Source: Acanthaster planci
Taxonomy: Eukaryota
Assembly: GCF_001949145.1 (NCBI RefSeq)
Contig: NW_019091358.1
Span: 2,722,535 to 2,786,534, forward strand
Reading direction: 5' to 3'
Length of the DNA: 64,000 nucleotides
The translations under genes were made by a program, and so were the position numbers. Below are positions 13,779-25,700 of this stretch, in pieces (position 1 is the stretch's first letter; every line of letters starts with the position of its first letter). Below the pieces are notes generated by a model. It searched no databases. It was not told where the DNA came from and saw only the letters and a list, made by a program, of their open reading frames with translations.

Positions 13779-16700
13779 AAATGGCCAGAATGTAGAGGGC
13801 GCCACTCACAAGTTTGTAGTGGACCTGATCAAGCAAGGGGGCAGCGAACTGACTCTCACCGTCATCTCGGTGCCCAACTTCAAAGAGGACCAAGGGGAGC
13901 CCAGCGACGACTCCTCCGGCTACTCCTACTATGACTTCAGCGACAGGAAACCGATCCCTATCACGGTACCAGACTACCGACACGTCAACACCGCTGGGAA
14001 CAAACATGTGGTAAGCGCTGGCGTGGTTACTTGTTTGCTTACATGTACATGTCCGTGTGTGAGTGCTTTACTTAAAGTCTAATGTCCATTTGAATAGTTC
14101 TGCTGGGGCTCATGTGATCTACCTTCCCAGATGATTTGCTGTTGGCATAAAAAGGCAAGAATCACTTAGCAGGGGTTGTGGCACTTTCCATGATTTTCAT
14201 CATGGGCCTGTGTTCTTGCATTTCTTTCACTGAGAAATGCTGGAAAACATGCACTTTTCCTTTTTCTTAACAATGGGGATGTCGGTCATGTGCACTTTGC
14301 ACATTGGTATGGGGTTTGGTGTATTCAGTTTAAATTTGCTTTGAGATATCAGGTTTGCATGGACTTTTACTGTTTAAATGGTCATCACACTATACCTGAT
14401 CATCAACACTTCTAAACGTATACCGTGAATAGTGCAGTAGCTATGTTGCCATAAAGTGTGTGGGTCATTGTACTGTTCAGGCAAGTGCAGTGATCTTGAT
14501 TTGACTCAGTGCTCTCTATGGGAGAGGGAAAGGAGATGAGAGCTGCATTGGTTTGTACAATTGGTTTGCTAAAAGTGTGAGAGACACTCAAAGTGTCTGT
14601 ATTTCAGTGGAGACTGTCGCATAAGCCATGCCTCATCAAAGAGTAGTCAAAAAATCGGAGGGAATGTAGCAAAGATTTTCAATGAAAAGTAAAGGGCATT
14701 ATAAATCCATCCCTGATCAGAGTCATATGTGTGCCATTTTGAAATAATCTGTCCATCATTTTCAAGCCGTTGCATGTCATGCCTTCTCCCCCCCCCCCAA
14801 CCCAAGGTGTACAACATCTACATTGCGGGCAAGCTCAAGGCCTCCCACCGATACAGCCGGTTTGCCGACCTGCACAACCGGCTAAAGCGGGAGTTTCCAG
14901 ACTTCCAGTTTCCCAAGTTTCCCAGCAAGTGGCCCTTCTCATTATCCGAGCAGCAGCTGGAACAGCGGCGTCGAGTGCTCGAGCAGTACTTGGAAAAAGG
15001 TCGGTGAGCCGACAACGCTGCGCCCTGGGCACGGCTGGCATGTGTTGCATGGCAGCGTCGCAGTCGAGTCTCCTCGCAAACCCCTTTACAAGTCCAGGCG
15101 GAAGTTCTCTCGCAAGAGCAGTCATCAGTAACGGGGGGGGTTAACACCGGCGTAGAAGTGCTCTTTGCCGGCTTTCATTTGATCAGCTTGTGGGACTTGG
15201 CTTGACTTGAAACTGAATGACGTGCGATGGAATTGTGATGGACTTGCAGGGACTTGCCAGGACTTGTTGGACTCGACTGCAATACCTCATTATGATATCT
15301 GGACTAGCATCGCTTCCAAATGAAAAAATTTACAGACATTGAAAATAGGAAGAGGGCTACCAACTTGATGTGTGATTCCTCAGGATTTCTCTCCAGATTT
15401 CAGGATTTTTTCTCCCAACGCCTGAATTTTTATTAGTTTCATCATTCAAGTTTTGCTACTTCTTTCTAGTGCAAGTTTCACATAATTTTAGCCATGTGTG
15501 AGAGAATTCCTGACTTGTCAGCTTGGAATTCAACATTTTGGGGGGTCATTGTTCCAATCGAGTTTTTTATCTTCCAATCTCACCCCCGTTTAAACAGTGA
15601 TAAGCACTTGAGATGATCAAGTAAACATTTTTAAGTGTTCCTTTGTTTTGCTTTTCCCTAATTGCGCCTTTCAGTAACCTGTGTTCGAGTCATTGGCGAG
15701 TGCGACCTCATGCGGGATTTTCTAAACTTGCAGGACACAGAGAAGCAAGAGGTGAGGCTGCTTTGATGCACATCTTTTCACAAATATGTAGAAGTCTGGG
15801 ATTCTGTAAGTCAAAGGAAAATTTGGTTTGAGTGCAATTTTTACCATGTGCAGAGAAAACACAATTACTGTAAATGTGTGACCTGTCACCACAAAATGAG
15901 CTGAAAGTCGGAAATTTCAAAAATTGAGATATTGGTGTTTTTGAATTCAGCAGAAAAAAGAGTTTTCCAATGGTATATACATGGAACACTTTGGTAAAAG
16001 TATAAGGTGACAATTTGACATTATTCCGGCAGCTTTGTGTCTTTCTTTCCAACATTGTTTCAAAACATCTGATTAAATTTGCTGAGAAAATTACATTTTT
16101 AAATACCATACATGATCCTGCAAAAAATATGGAATTAAGAAGGAGGCCGATATACTTTCCAAATATTACAAAATCCCAAATTGACCTCCACTTCAAGTTA
16201 CTTGATTTCGAGCCCTCAATATACATGTAAGAAAGAGTGGAATGCGACTTTGCGCTCATTTTGTTATGAAGGGTCACATGTGAGGTTATTAACCAGTCAA
16301 CAGAAGTTGCTTGCAAGGGAGGCCTGTACTGGGCAGGTCTTAGAAATTGGTTGCCGTAAAGCAAGCAAAGCTGCTGCTCTTCAGTAGAATGGTCCATCTT
16401 GGCTAGATTGAGATGCGGCCTGAAATGAGAATCTTTTACCCTAGCTCCCCAAGGGTGTACGTAAAATCGTATTGAAATTGGAGGATTCGGGACTGTTAGG
16501 GTTAACCAAGAGCCTTTGCTCCAAGGTATGCAACTTTCAGCTTGAAAGGTGAGGCCTAACAAGATTGAAATTCCAAGATGATGTCGACTTCATATGCATG
16601 TTCCATCAGACTGCCTCTCTAGTCTGTATCAATTCTTACTTATAGCAAGCGGGAAGTTGAATTATTTGCTTTGTGCACATTGTGCCTGTACCTTTGTCAA

Positions 16701-19700
16701 ACGGAGTTTTGGCTGTGGAAAAATGATGCATGCAGGTGCAGATGCTATCTTTGAGCGTGCATTTACAAATGGAAGCTGCAGATTTAGTCACTTCTGGGCA
16801 TTCTCCATTGAACTGTGTGTTTTTTCTGATTTTCTTGTCTTTCAGACAACAGAAAACAAAAGCAAAGCAGAAGTGAGTGGCTATACACGTATGGTCATCT
16901 TTCACTAACATGCTCACACTTGTTCAGTGCATTTCATGCTTGTTCCACTGACGCTTTGAGTTGCCACGGTGGTCAGAAGCTACAGTAGTCACAAGGACCT
17001 TAACGACTTGCTGCTGGGTGCCTTTGGAAATGCAGTGTCTAAAAAACGGGCCATTTTTCAATATCTTCGGGTTTCAAAAACCCCATCCCTAAACCCCATC
17101 GAATGACTGTCCGATCTGACAGACAACATCTATTGATGCCCGAGTATTTTAGCCAGGACTGCCGCCTTGTAAAAAGAGCCCAGATTGTGCGGTGTTATAT
17201 AAGTTTCTTGTGTTCCTGAAACTGGCGTCTTTTCAATACGGGTCAGATTAGCATGGAGAGGTATTGTATTGCTCATCACTGGAGTGCTGGAGCGCTTTTG
17301 TCCCCTGTGGTAATCCACTCGTACTGAATGACACAACCAGTGGTATAAACTTTCAAAACAGTGACGGATTTCCTCCGCTATTGACAACTGGAAAAATGTT
17401 TGCAATTCGTGGCAGCTCGGTCTTTTGTTCCGAGTACGGTCTTTTGTTACAAGGCCCAGCTCTTTTGTCCGATTTTGGGCACTCCGGCTGTGCGTACAAA
17501 CCCAAGGGACCCGAAACGGGGCTCCCCGGCAGCAAGTGAATAAACACCCAAGTGAAATGGTTGGACAGAGTTGGGTTGAGCAAACTGCCAACCATCAGCA
17601 GATGAACAGCCAAAGCAAACAGTACTTTCAGGTGTACCCAATACACTAACAAACTAATCATGGCCTCACTGAAGCATGGAGACACGATGCAGGCTGACTG
17701 GTCAAAAATGGCATGTTCATACACATACTTGCATGTCCTTGGTTTCTCCCGGAATGTTCCTGGGGCATTTTCTCAGGCAAATAATACTCAGGAGGGAAAA
17801 AGATGCACGAGTAGCCTTCCCCCTGGAAAAAAAGGATTCCAGGCTGCGGTTTTATTTCCTTAACGTTCTAGCTCCTGGAGAAATGGTCATTATTTCTGAC
17901 ATTCCTCAATCCTTCATCCACTGAATAATTGGAGACTGTTAGTGTTAACTTAAAGTTCCAGAAATGATATGTGCATGTGCATTTGATCTCTTGCCACTGC
18001 CCTCAGCTTTGATACAGTTGTGTTTAGTTTTTGGCCGTAAGAAATGGCAATAGGGCAGGCCCAAGGAGTTTGATCAGTGTGCGACAGCACTAGTTCATTT
18101 GCAGGAGACAAAACCTCCACTTTTTAAAGAATTTGCTTATTTTTTGATTGACAGTTATTCAGAATACATTTAATTTATACATTAATTATTGTTACATGTA
18201 TTATTAATACATTAATTTGTAAGCGTCTGGACACATTTGAGGCAGTTGGGACGAAGAAAAAATTCAAATTGATCCCCTTTCCAAAGCTTGGGAGGCAAGC
18301 CTGTTGCCTCCCTCCCCTTTGCCACCATCCATTCAGAAGAGGTGTCATGTCCACACCTGATTGCAGTGCCAATAAGGCAGCTTCTGATATACAACACACC
18401 ACTTGCCAGGTTGAATCGTGTGATTGGGGCATGATCCCTGGCTGTATGATGTTTCAGGTTACATGGCTTCTGACTAGCACCCCTGAACAAAGATATTGAC
18501 AAATGGGAAGAGCCACCAATGTAGGGCTGGATAGCTCAGTTGGGAGAGCACTGGTACAGTATTCGGGAAGTCACAGGTTCAAATCCCACTCCAATCAATT
18601 TCTCTGTCATCTTTATAATTTGTAAGCACCTAGTCAGTTTCCCTATTTAGTTTGTTTCATGATATTGTTATCAGAGGTACATGTATGGCTATGTCTGTTG
18701 TCAACATTTGCCCGCCTATTTGCGACCAGTGAGGAACTAGACCTAGCTCTAGCCAGAAGAGTCTGATGCTGCCCAAGTCTGTGCTTGTGCTCGATTTTCT
18801 GAGGCAGACATGCAGTGCAGTGATGTCATGCAAAATGTTGTGAACCTTTCCAGCTGAATTCGTGGTTTGAAAGAGCCTGGCACTTCAGATGATGTCAAAA
18901 TTCAAATTCCCCCTTGGAATTGCAGCCTGGAGCACAAGTCTGCCCGCTGGATTTTGCAAACTTTTGACAATTGTCACCCACTTTATGCTTCTCTTGTGTT
19001 GAGATTCATGTACATACAGTGATAAACTAAACGTGCATGTTTGTTTGGGTAGTTGCATGTTATTACATATACAGTGACATTTGACTCAAAAAGGTAGATT
19101 ATGTTATTGCCCCCTCTACCTGACCGTAAGTAGTTTTAATTAATTTATTGTGTATAACAATCTATTGATACAATTGTGCACATCCCTGTTATATGTTAAT
19201 TGGCAAATTGACCTGCACTACACACTCTTACATGCCCGGTATATTTCCTGCCACTGTGAAAATCATATTCTAAATCCTATTCAGATGATGAATCATTGTA
19301 ATGTAAGCGCTTTCCCCGTGAGGGGATGTGCTTGCTCTTGTAGATTGAGATATTCAGACAGATTGCAATTAGCATTAAGCTACAGTTGCCGCCGTTTGCA
19401 GAGAGGAAGAATATACATGTTGTTTTAACTCTCCCTCTTTGAAGCTACGAATGTAATAGCAAAGGGTCTTTGCCAGGAAACAAAAACCTTTCTCTTCAGG
19501 AAAAAAAGGGAAACTAAAAAAAAAATCAGTCTTCCAGGCCAACTTTTCATGGGATTGGGCGCAGCACGTACATGTACATGTACTCCTTATTACCTCATGT
19601 TTGTGCCAAACACAATGCATCCCTTGCCATACATGTGCATACAATGCCTAACATCTTCAGACGGTATCAGGAAGTGCGTAGAGCGCATTCGATAGTCAAA

Positions 19701-22700
19701 TCAAGAGATATTTATAAGTAGGGCAGTATATGAAGCATGACCAGGACTTTAGGTCGTCCACAAACCCCGACAAATTGGGTTTTACCCTGCTTTGCACATC
19801 CTGCCTCAAGGCAACGCAACTGACAACAGAATTCGTGGATTCAAGGATTCATGTTGAGGCACCTGGCACAGATGTTCACTGAGGATTGGATTGGGCAAGA
19901 GCTTGCAATGCATACAACCCTCGAGATGCTTCCTGTCTCGCCATGTCTCGCCATGTCTCGCCAAATGATGCAGATAGGAAAAATTTGCAAATCGCTGCTT
20001 AGCCAGTACCCTGGAGCTCAGTTCAACAAAAATCCTTCCCCGCACTGTGGGAAAAGGTCCACATCGTGCCTTTCTGTTGCCGTGCCATCAAGCATAGTTT
20101 AGAGAAACATACTTTTTCCGTGCTTCCACAACAAAACCATGCAAATTCAACCCTTTTTTGTTACTACCAGGGATACTGTAATTATTTGAAATTTCCCCAG
20201 TGTTGACTCATGTCAGTTTCACTTAACTGTATTTGCCATCTTTAAAGGCGTCAGAGGGTCGTGAATTTATTCTTGTCAAGTCAAAAAGAGACCTACATGT
20301 ATCTGTGGGACTACTTACGCATACTGAAGTATTCGTAATGCATGCTGGTGTGAATCTTTTGCCTGCTAACTTGAAGCAATAACATACATGTAGACTGCTA
20401 ACTCAGACCTGCCTTGTATGTGAATTCCTCACAGGATCCATCTTTCACAGGGCCAGCCACAACTGATGAGCCAGTGTGATATTTCAGAATGGCAAGGTCA
20501 CTTAAAGACAAAGCATTCTTGCGTGTCAGCGTAAACGCACGGTTGAGCTGATAGGGTGCATATGTGCTGTTCCACAGTGACTCCAGACACGCTTCATTTG
20601 GGGCATACGCTGTTAGCTGAACTGGCTCATTGGAGATGAACAGATAAAAGGCTTGCCTTTGTCAAGGTTGGATTCAAGGGAGGAGGGACGAAATGGGGAA
20701 GGCCCCCCCCCAAAAAAAATAAACAATAGGGCAGAAAAAATTTGTTTTGAAAAGTAATGAAAGGCAATTTTGGAAGTCTGATTCTTTTCCATTCCTTCTC
20801 AAATTGTGTAAAAAACCAATGTAGCCTGTGCAATGTAGCTTCAACCCTCAGAATGGCCCGTAGAAAAGATTACGATTTTAAAAATTCCAACATTTCCCCC
20901 CACCCGAAAAAAAATTAGTTCTCGATCCGTCCTTGGTCTTAGTCAGTCCTTAGGAACAGCCCGTGAGTTGATTGTGGATCTGTCGAGTTATGATGTCCCC
21001 AGCTATGGGACTGGAGCGCCTGGTTGTCGTTTGCAAGGTGTCTCAAAGCACCATCTTTAATTTGGTTGTTGTTTTAGGAGACACCTACAAAGAGAGAGGA
21101 TCAGGGCAAGGCCCAAGTTGAGTTGAGAATACTCCTCCCAGACAGAACGCAGGTCACTGTCACTGTCCGCAGGAACAACACAACGCAAGATGTTTATAAT
21201 GTAGGTGATTACGAGATTGAAAACAGAGATTCCAAGTGACTTGTTACATTTTATGAAAATGGTGATTGGGGTAGTACCCAGTTGCAAGAAATGAGAATAT
21301 ATGTGTGGGTTTGCAGAACACAAAATGTGTGCTAAGCAATTGCTTTTCATCTCTACCTTTATTTCGATTTCATTTATTTCATATCATTTGTATCCAACAT
21401 ACCGGTAGCTCTTGAAATACAGTGAAATTTGTTGTTGTTTTGGGAGTGTTAAAAACCAAATAATCAAAATATGTATATATAAATACAAAACATAATAAAC
21501 GATGCTACCAAAATTTACACCAAAATTTCAACATTGTCTTTCTTAAGACAAGATGATACTAACCCTGATTTCATGGACAGTTTGTGTTGGAGATTTCCAG
21601 AGTCACGCAAATACATCTCTACAGACAACCAAAAACTTCAACACTGTCGATACATCTTTATAGTTGGCCCATAAGCGCCGATTTGAACACCTCTTTCTGT
21701 TCAGTTAGTTTGAAATAATACCTTCATAATGCTCGCAGGCACTGTTTGTTTTTCTGACAGCAGAATCATTTTTATTTGCTTCCAGGCCATGGTTCATAAA
21801 ATTGGCCTAAACCCAGAGATGTCCAAATACTTTGCCCTGTTTGAACTCCAAGAAGACTTTGGTGAGTCAGTCGTGGAAGTTAATGTGTTGCACAGTGCTG
21901 TTGTAAGAGGTTAACTTCTGTTTGGAAATGGAATGCATTAATCGTACATGTTGAATTGATGTCTATTCTGCATGATGTGCTGTAAAAAGTTCTTGTGACT
22001 TGTGACTGATTTTGTCCAGTTGGATCACAGTTTTGACATAATGACATTTGACTTCCCCTCAGCCTGTGAGAGCCTCAAATTTTGATCTTTTGAGTTGACT
22101 TTTGGCTTTTTCTTGTGTCTTTAGCGAGGAAGCTTGCCCTTACTGAATTCCCCCACAACCTGTACATTCAGAACTACACCAAGTCCGGCGCAGGCCAGAG
22201 CTGCCTAGGCCTACGCAAGTGGATCTTCTCCCCGCGCCAAGAGCTGTTCCTAAATCACGACCAGATGGCGATGAATTTCCTCTACTGGCAGGTAGTGCAT
22301 AAGAAGTGTTTCTGTATTGATGGATAACTTCAGATCTTGTCCCTCCCATGCCACATGTAGCTCACCATCAACGCCTCGTTAATTGTTAAAACGAGTCAAG
22401 TACTTGCACATATTTTCATTGTGGACATCAAGCCACTGTTGGCATAGATGGTTAAGGAGTCCTGTCATCATCACACAGTTACGATCAGAAAAGTGAATTA
22501 TTTTTCTCCTCTCTTTGTCTTTATGCCCATTTTATTTCTGGCACATGCTTGTCCCTGGGTTTTCCTCCTGATTGGTTGTACCCACTTCCACATTAACCAC
22601 CCACATCCTTAGCCCTCCCTTTGATTGGTTAGAATTACCATCTGTTTGTGCACACACCTGTTGGTATTGTTTCTCATTGATGCATGGCATGGCGCTGCAA

Positions 22701-25700
22701 AATCCACTTCATTCAATCACGGACCATTTACCCAGGGATGTGCAACTTTAGCTCAGTGATTCAATCAAACCAAAATCGCCCTCTGGTAGCCCATGATTTT
22801 GCATCTGGAGAGTTCGTGGTTATAAAATGATATTCATGAATACCTCAGACAGTCCTCCTATTCAACAACGTGCAACTTGACTCTGTATTAACATTTGATA
22901 ATGGCCGCTGAGAAGTGATAATTCCCGCTGCATAAATCACACACTGGCACCTGAATACGAGACAGTTTAATGGATTCTGCTTGGTCAAGAGTCTGTGTGC
23001 AGGTGGCTTGCCATGCGTGCGCCAAGTCCATATAAGGAGACTCTTTTGGATAATTATAAAATGAAATGGATGGGGGTGTTACAGAAAATAGAAGTAAAAT
23101 TCTGAAACAAAATCATTGGAAATCTGTCATGTATTGACTTCATTTGACACTATGACTAAAAAAAAGGTATTTAAGACTGGGAATAAAAATGTCCTTGGCC
23201 GGTCTTAAGCATTAGTTTAGGGCTGGCCGAGCACAGTGGGATATTCCTTAGTCACTTTGAGGAGGAGGGTTTTCTTTTTATACGTACCTCTTTCAAAAAA
23301 TGAGTTTTCTGAAGTCCGTTTTTGGCCTTACCATGCCCCAGACATAAAGTACCTGAAATATTTTGCTTATAAAAACAAAAAGGAATAACCTCTGTCAGTT
23401 AAAACACTTTGAACGCCTCGTTCTTTAATTTTTTTGTATTAATGTGTTAACATCCGGTTTTAGTTAAGACTTGTTTCGCTCAACTCTTGAGAGATTTTTG
23501 ATGAAGCATAATAAATCATCATTGGGAGTACATTCCATTTGGATCAGTACGTGGCACCCCCTGCAGGTATGTTTTTTTCACAGCAAATGTATTCTTGGGG
23601 AACACAGAGGTACATGTTTGAACCCGAAGGGACAGACAGGTACATCCATGTTGGTTCCGTGTGGATGGCCACCGGGGAAAACAGTCAAGGTGCCGTTGTG
23701 CCCTGCCCCGTGGACACAGTTCCCATGTGCTGTCAGTGGACCCTGTTTACTGCAGGCCATGTGCATACTGTCAATCTACCGGTAGTCGGTGCAGGTACCA
23801 TGGAGGCTGTCGGTAGTTCACTCGCATCTGTCTTGTCTGATTTGCTCGCAGGCAATTGATGAAATCAGCAAGGGGTACATCAAGCCGAGTGACAGCGCCA
23901 CGTTGTACGAACTCAAAGCCCACCAGGAGAAATCTAGTAAACTACAGGTGAGGGGTGGGAATCCCCTACAGTCTTGAGATATTCACTTGACTCGTATCAC
24001 TTTTTCAGTTAAAGCTGTCAGTGCTGTGATCTGTTGTCATCACTTCACCAGAAAGGCTATTTTCACACCGTCGCCAGTATTTTGAATTAACAAAGCACCC
24101 TAGCAGCCCTGCAACCCAAAACATCGGTTTTCCTTTAACGTCTCTTATGATGCTGGAAGTTTGATTGTTGTACCATTCCAAATATCCTGCATTATACCAC
24201 CCAGATGTTCACCAGCAGTCCACTGTTTAAAAATACTGTGTTAAGAAATATGTGCTTCCAGTTGTTTCTAAAGGTCAGAATTGTCAAACGTGCCATTATC
24301 TTTTTTTTTTAATATTTGCAAAAGGTGCATTGTATATGTGTAGTTTCTCCTTATATGAAGAGATTTTATGCTTAATACCAGTACTTTTTAGCACTTGCCA
24401 ACTTGTTGTAAGAAGAGACAAAATTACCAGTACACTCCCTTTTTCCTGGGGTGCAGTACTTAAAGATAGCCCGGAGTCTAGATGGCTACGGTGAGATCTG
24501 TTTTCCCCACTGTCCCTGCGACGCCAGAAAGACAGGCCACGTCATCCCCATCCTAGGCTTCAGTTTGTTCAAACTCCAGGCCTGCAAAGAGGATGGAACG
24601 TTGGAGGTGAGTCACCAATGCAGTCTCGAGAGAGCAAATGGCCTCTTGCTAGCTGCTGTACGTACATGTACATGTCATTTGGGTGTTGGTCAATTTAATG
24701 TGGTCGCCAAAGAGATCAAGCCAATGGAAGTGCGCACAGCGTCGCGGGGAACGGTCAGTGTTACATGACTCTGTTAGCAATCACACACAGCTCCATACCA
24801 TCTCGCCTTGTCCCATGTTTTCTTAATCAAACCTTGCAACTCCCCGTTTTGTCACCATAAAGGATGCTGCGATCGTTCCAAAATTGATTCTGCTCGTCAA
24901 CTTTGCATCAGTCTCCCTCATCCTGAAAGCACGGTTGCTGCTGTTGGGTCGTATAGTTACTGATGAACCGTAGACCCCTCGGGTCGGAAATGGAACTTTT
25001 ATTTTGAATAAGCGTTGCAGTGCACTTTTTTGTGCCCCGTTTATTTGATTTGATTTTCAAGTGAACTTTAGCATGGCCCCAGGAGTTTGCAGTCCTACTG
25101 CACAGAGAATCCAAAGGCAACCTGTTCAACAGCCTATTTGAGTTCTTCTGTGCAACAGTGACTCTAATCTTATTGGTTCCTAGTTTGGTTAAGGGAAGTA
25201 GAGGGATGTGACGATGTCACCAGATTTTTGACCGAAAAATTTTGAAGGGTTTAATCACTCAAGTTTTGCTGCTTTTTGCAACTTTGTAGATAAAAATTAA
25301 GGATAATATCTCATAATCACAGCTATTTGAGAGAGAGCTCATGCCTTGTTCACTTTCGAATACCCCTGAAATATACAGAATTTTATTATCAAGTTAACAA
25401 CACCTCTGCTGGATTCTTCATGGATTTGCCTTCATCCCCCCAACGGCAACCCTGAAATAGGTATGGCTTAATAGCTTTGTTTCTGCTTTTGTGACATCAG
25501 GAGCAAGTTCCCAGCTTCCAGTGGGGTGAGATCCAGCAGTACGAGACGGACGACGAAGGCATGGCATTCTGCTTTGAGTACGCCAAGGAGGGCAAGAGGC
25601 CACGATGGGTCAGGATCTACACTAAATACGTAAGGCTCCTTGTGATCCTGTTCCTCTGTGAACTTTTACTATGCAGGTTGCAAACCCATGACCCACAGAC

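Noticed and set aside
15708..16562. 284-aa minus-strand ORF
   Set aside because: Crosses a MITE and intronic sequence; no recognisable domain; non-ATG start.
18524..18595. Functional tRNA gene
   Set aside because: A and B boxes are present but the stems do not close; treated as a SINE head or pseudogene.
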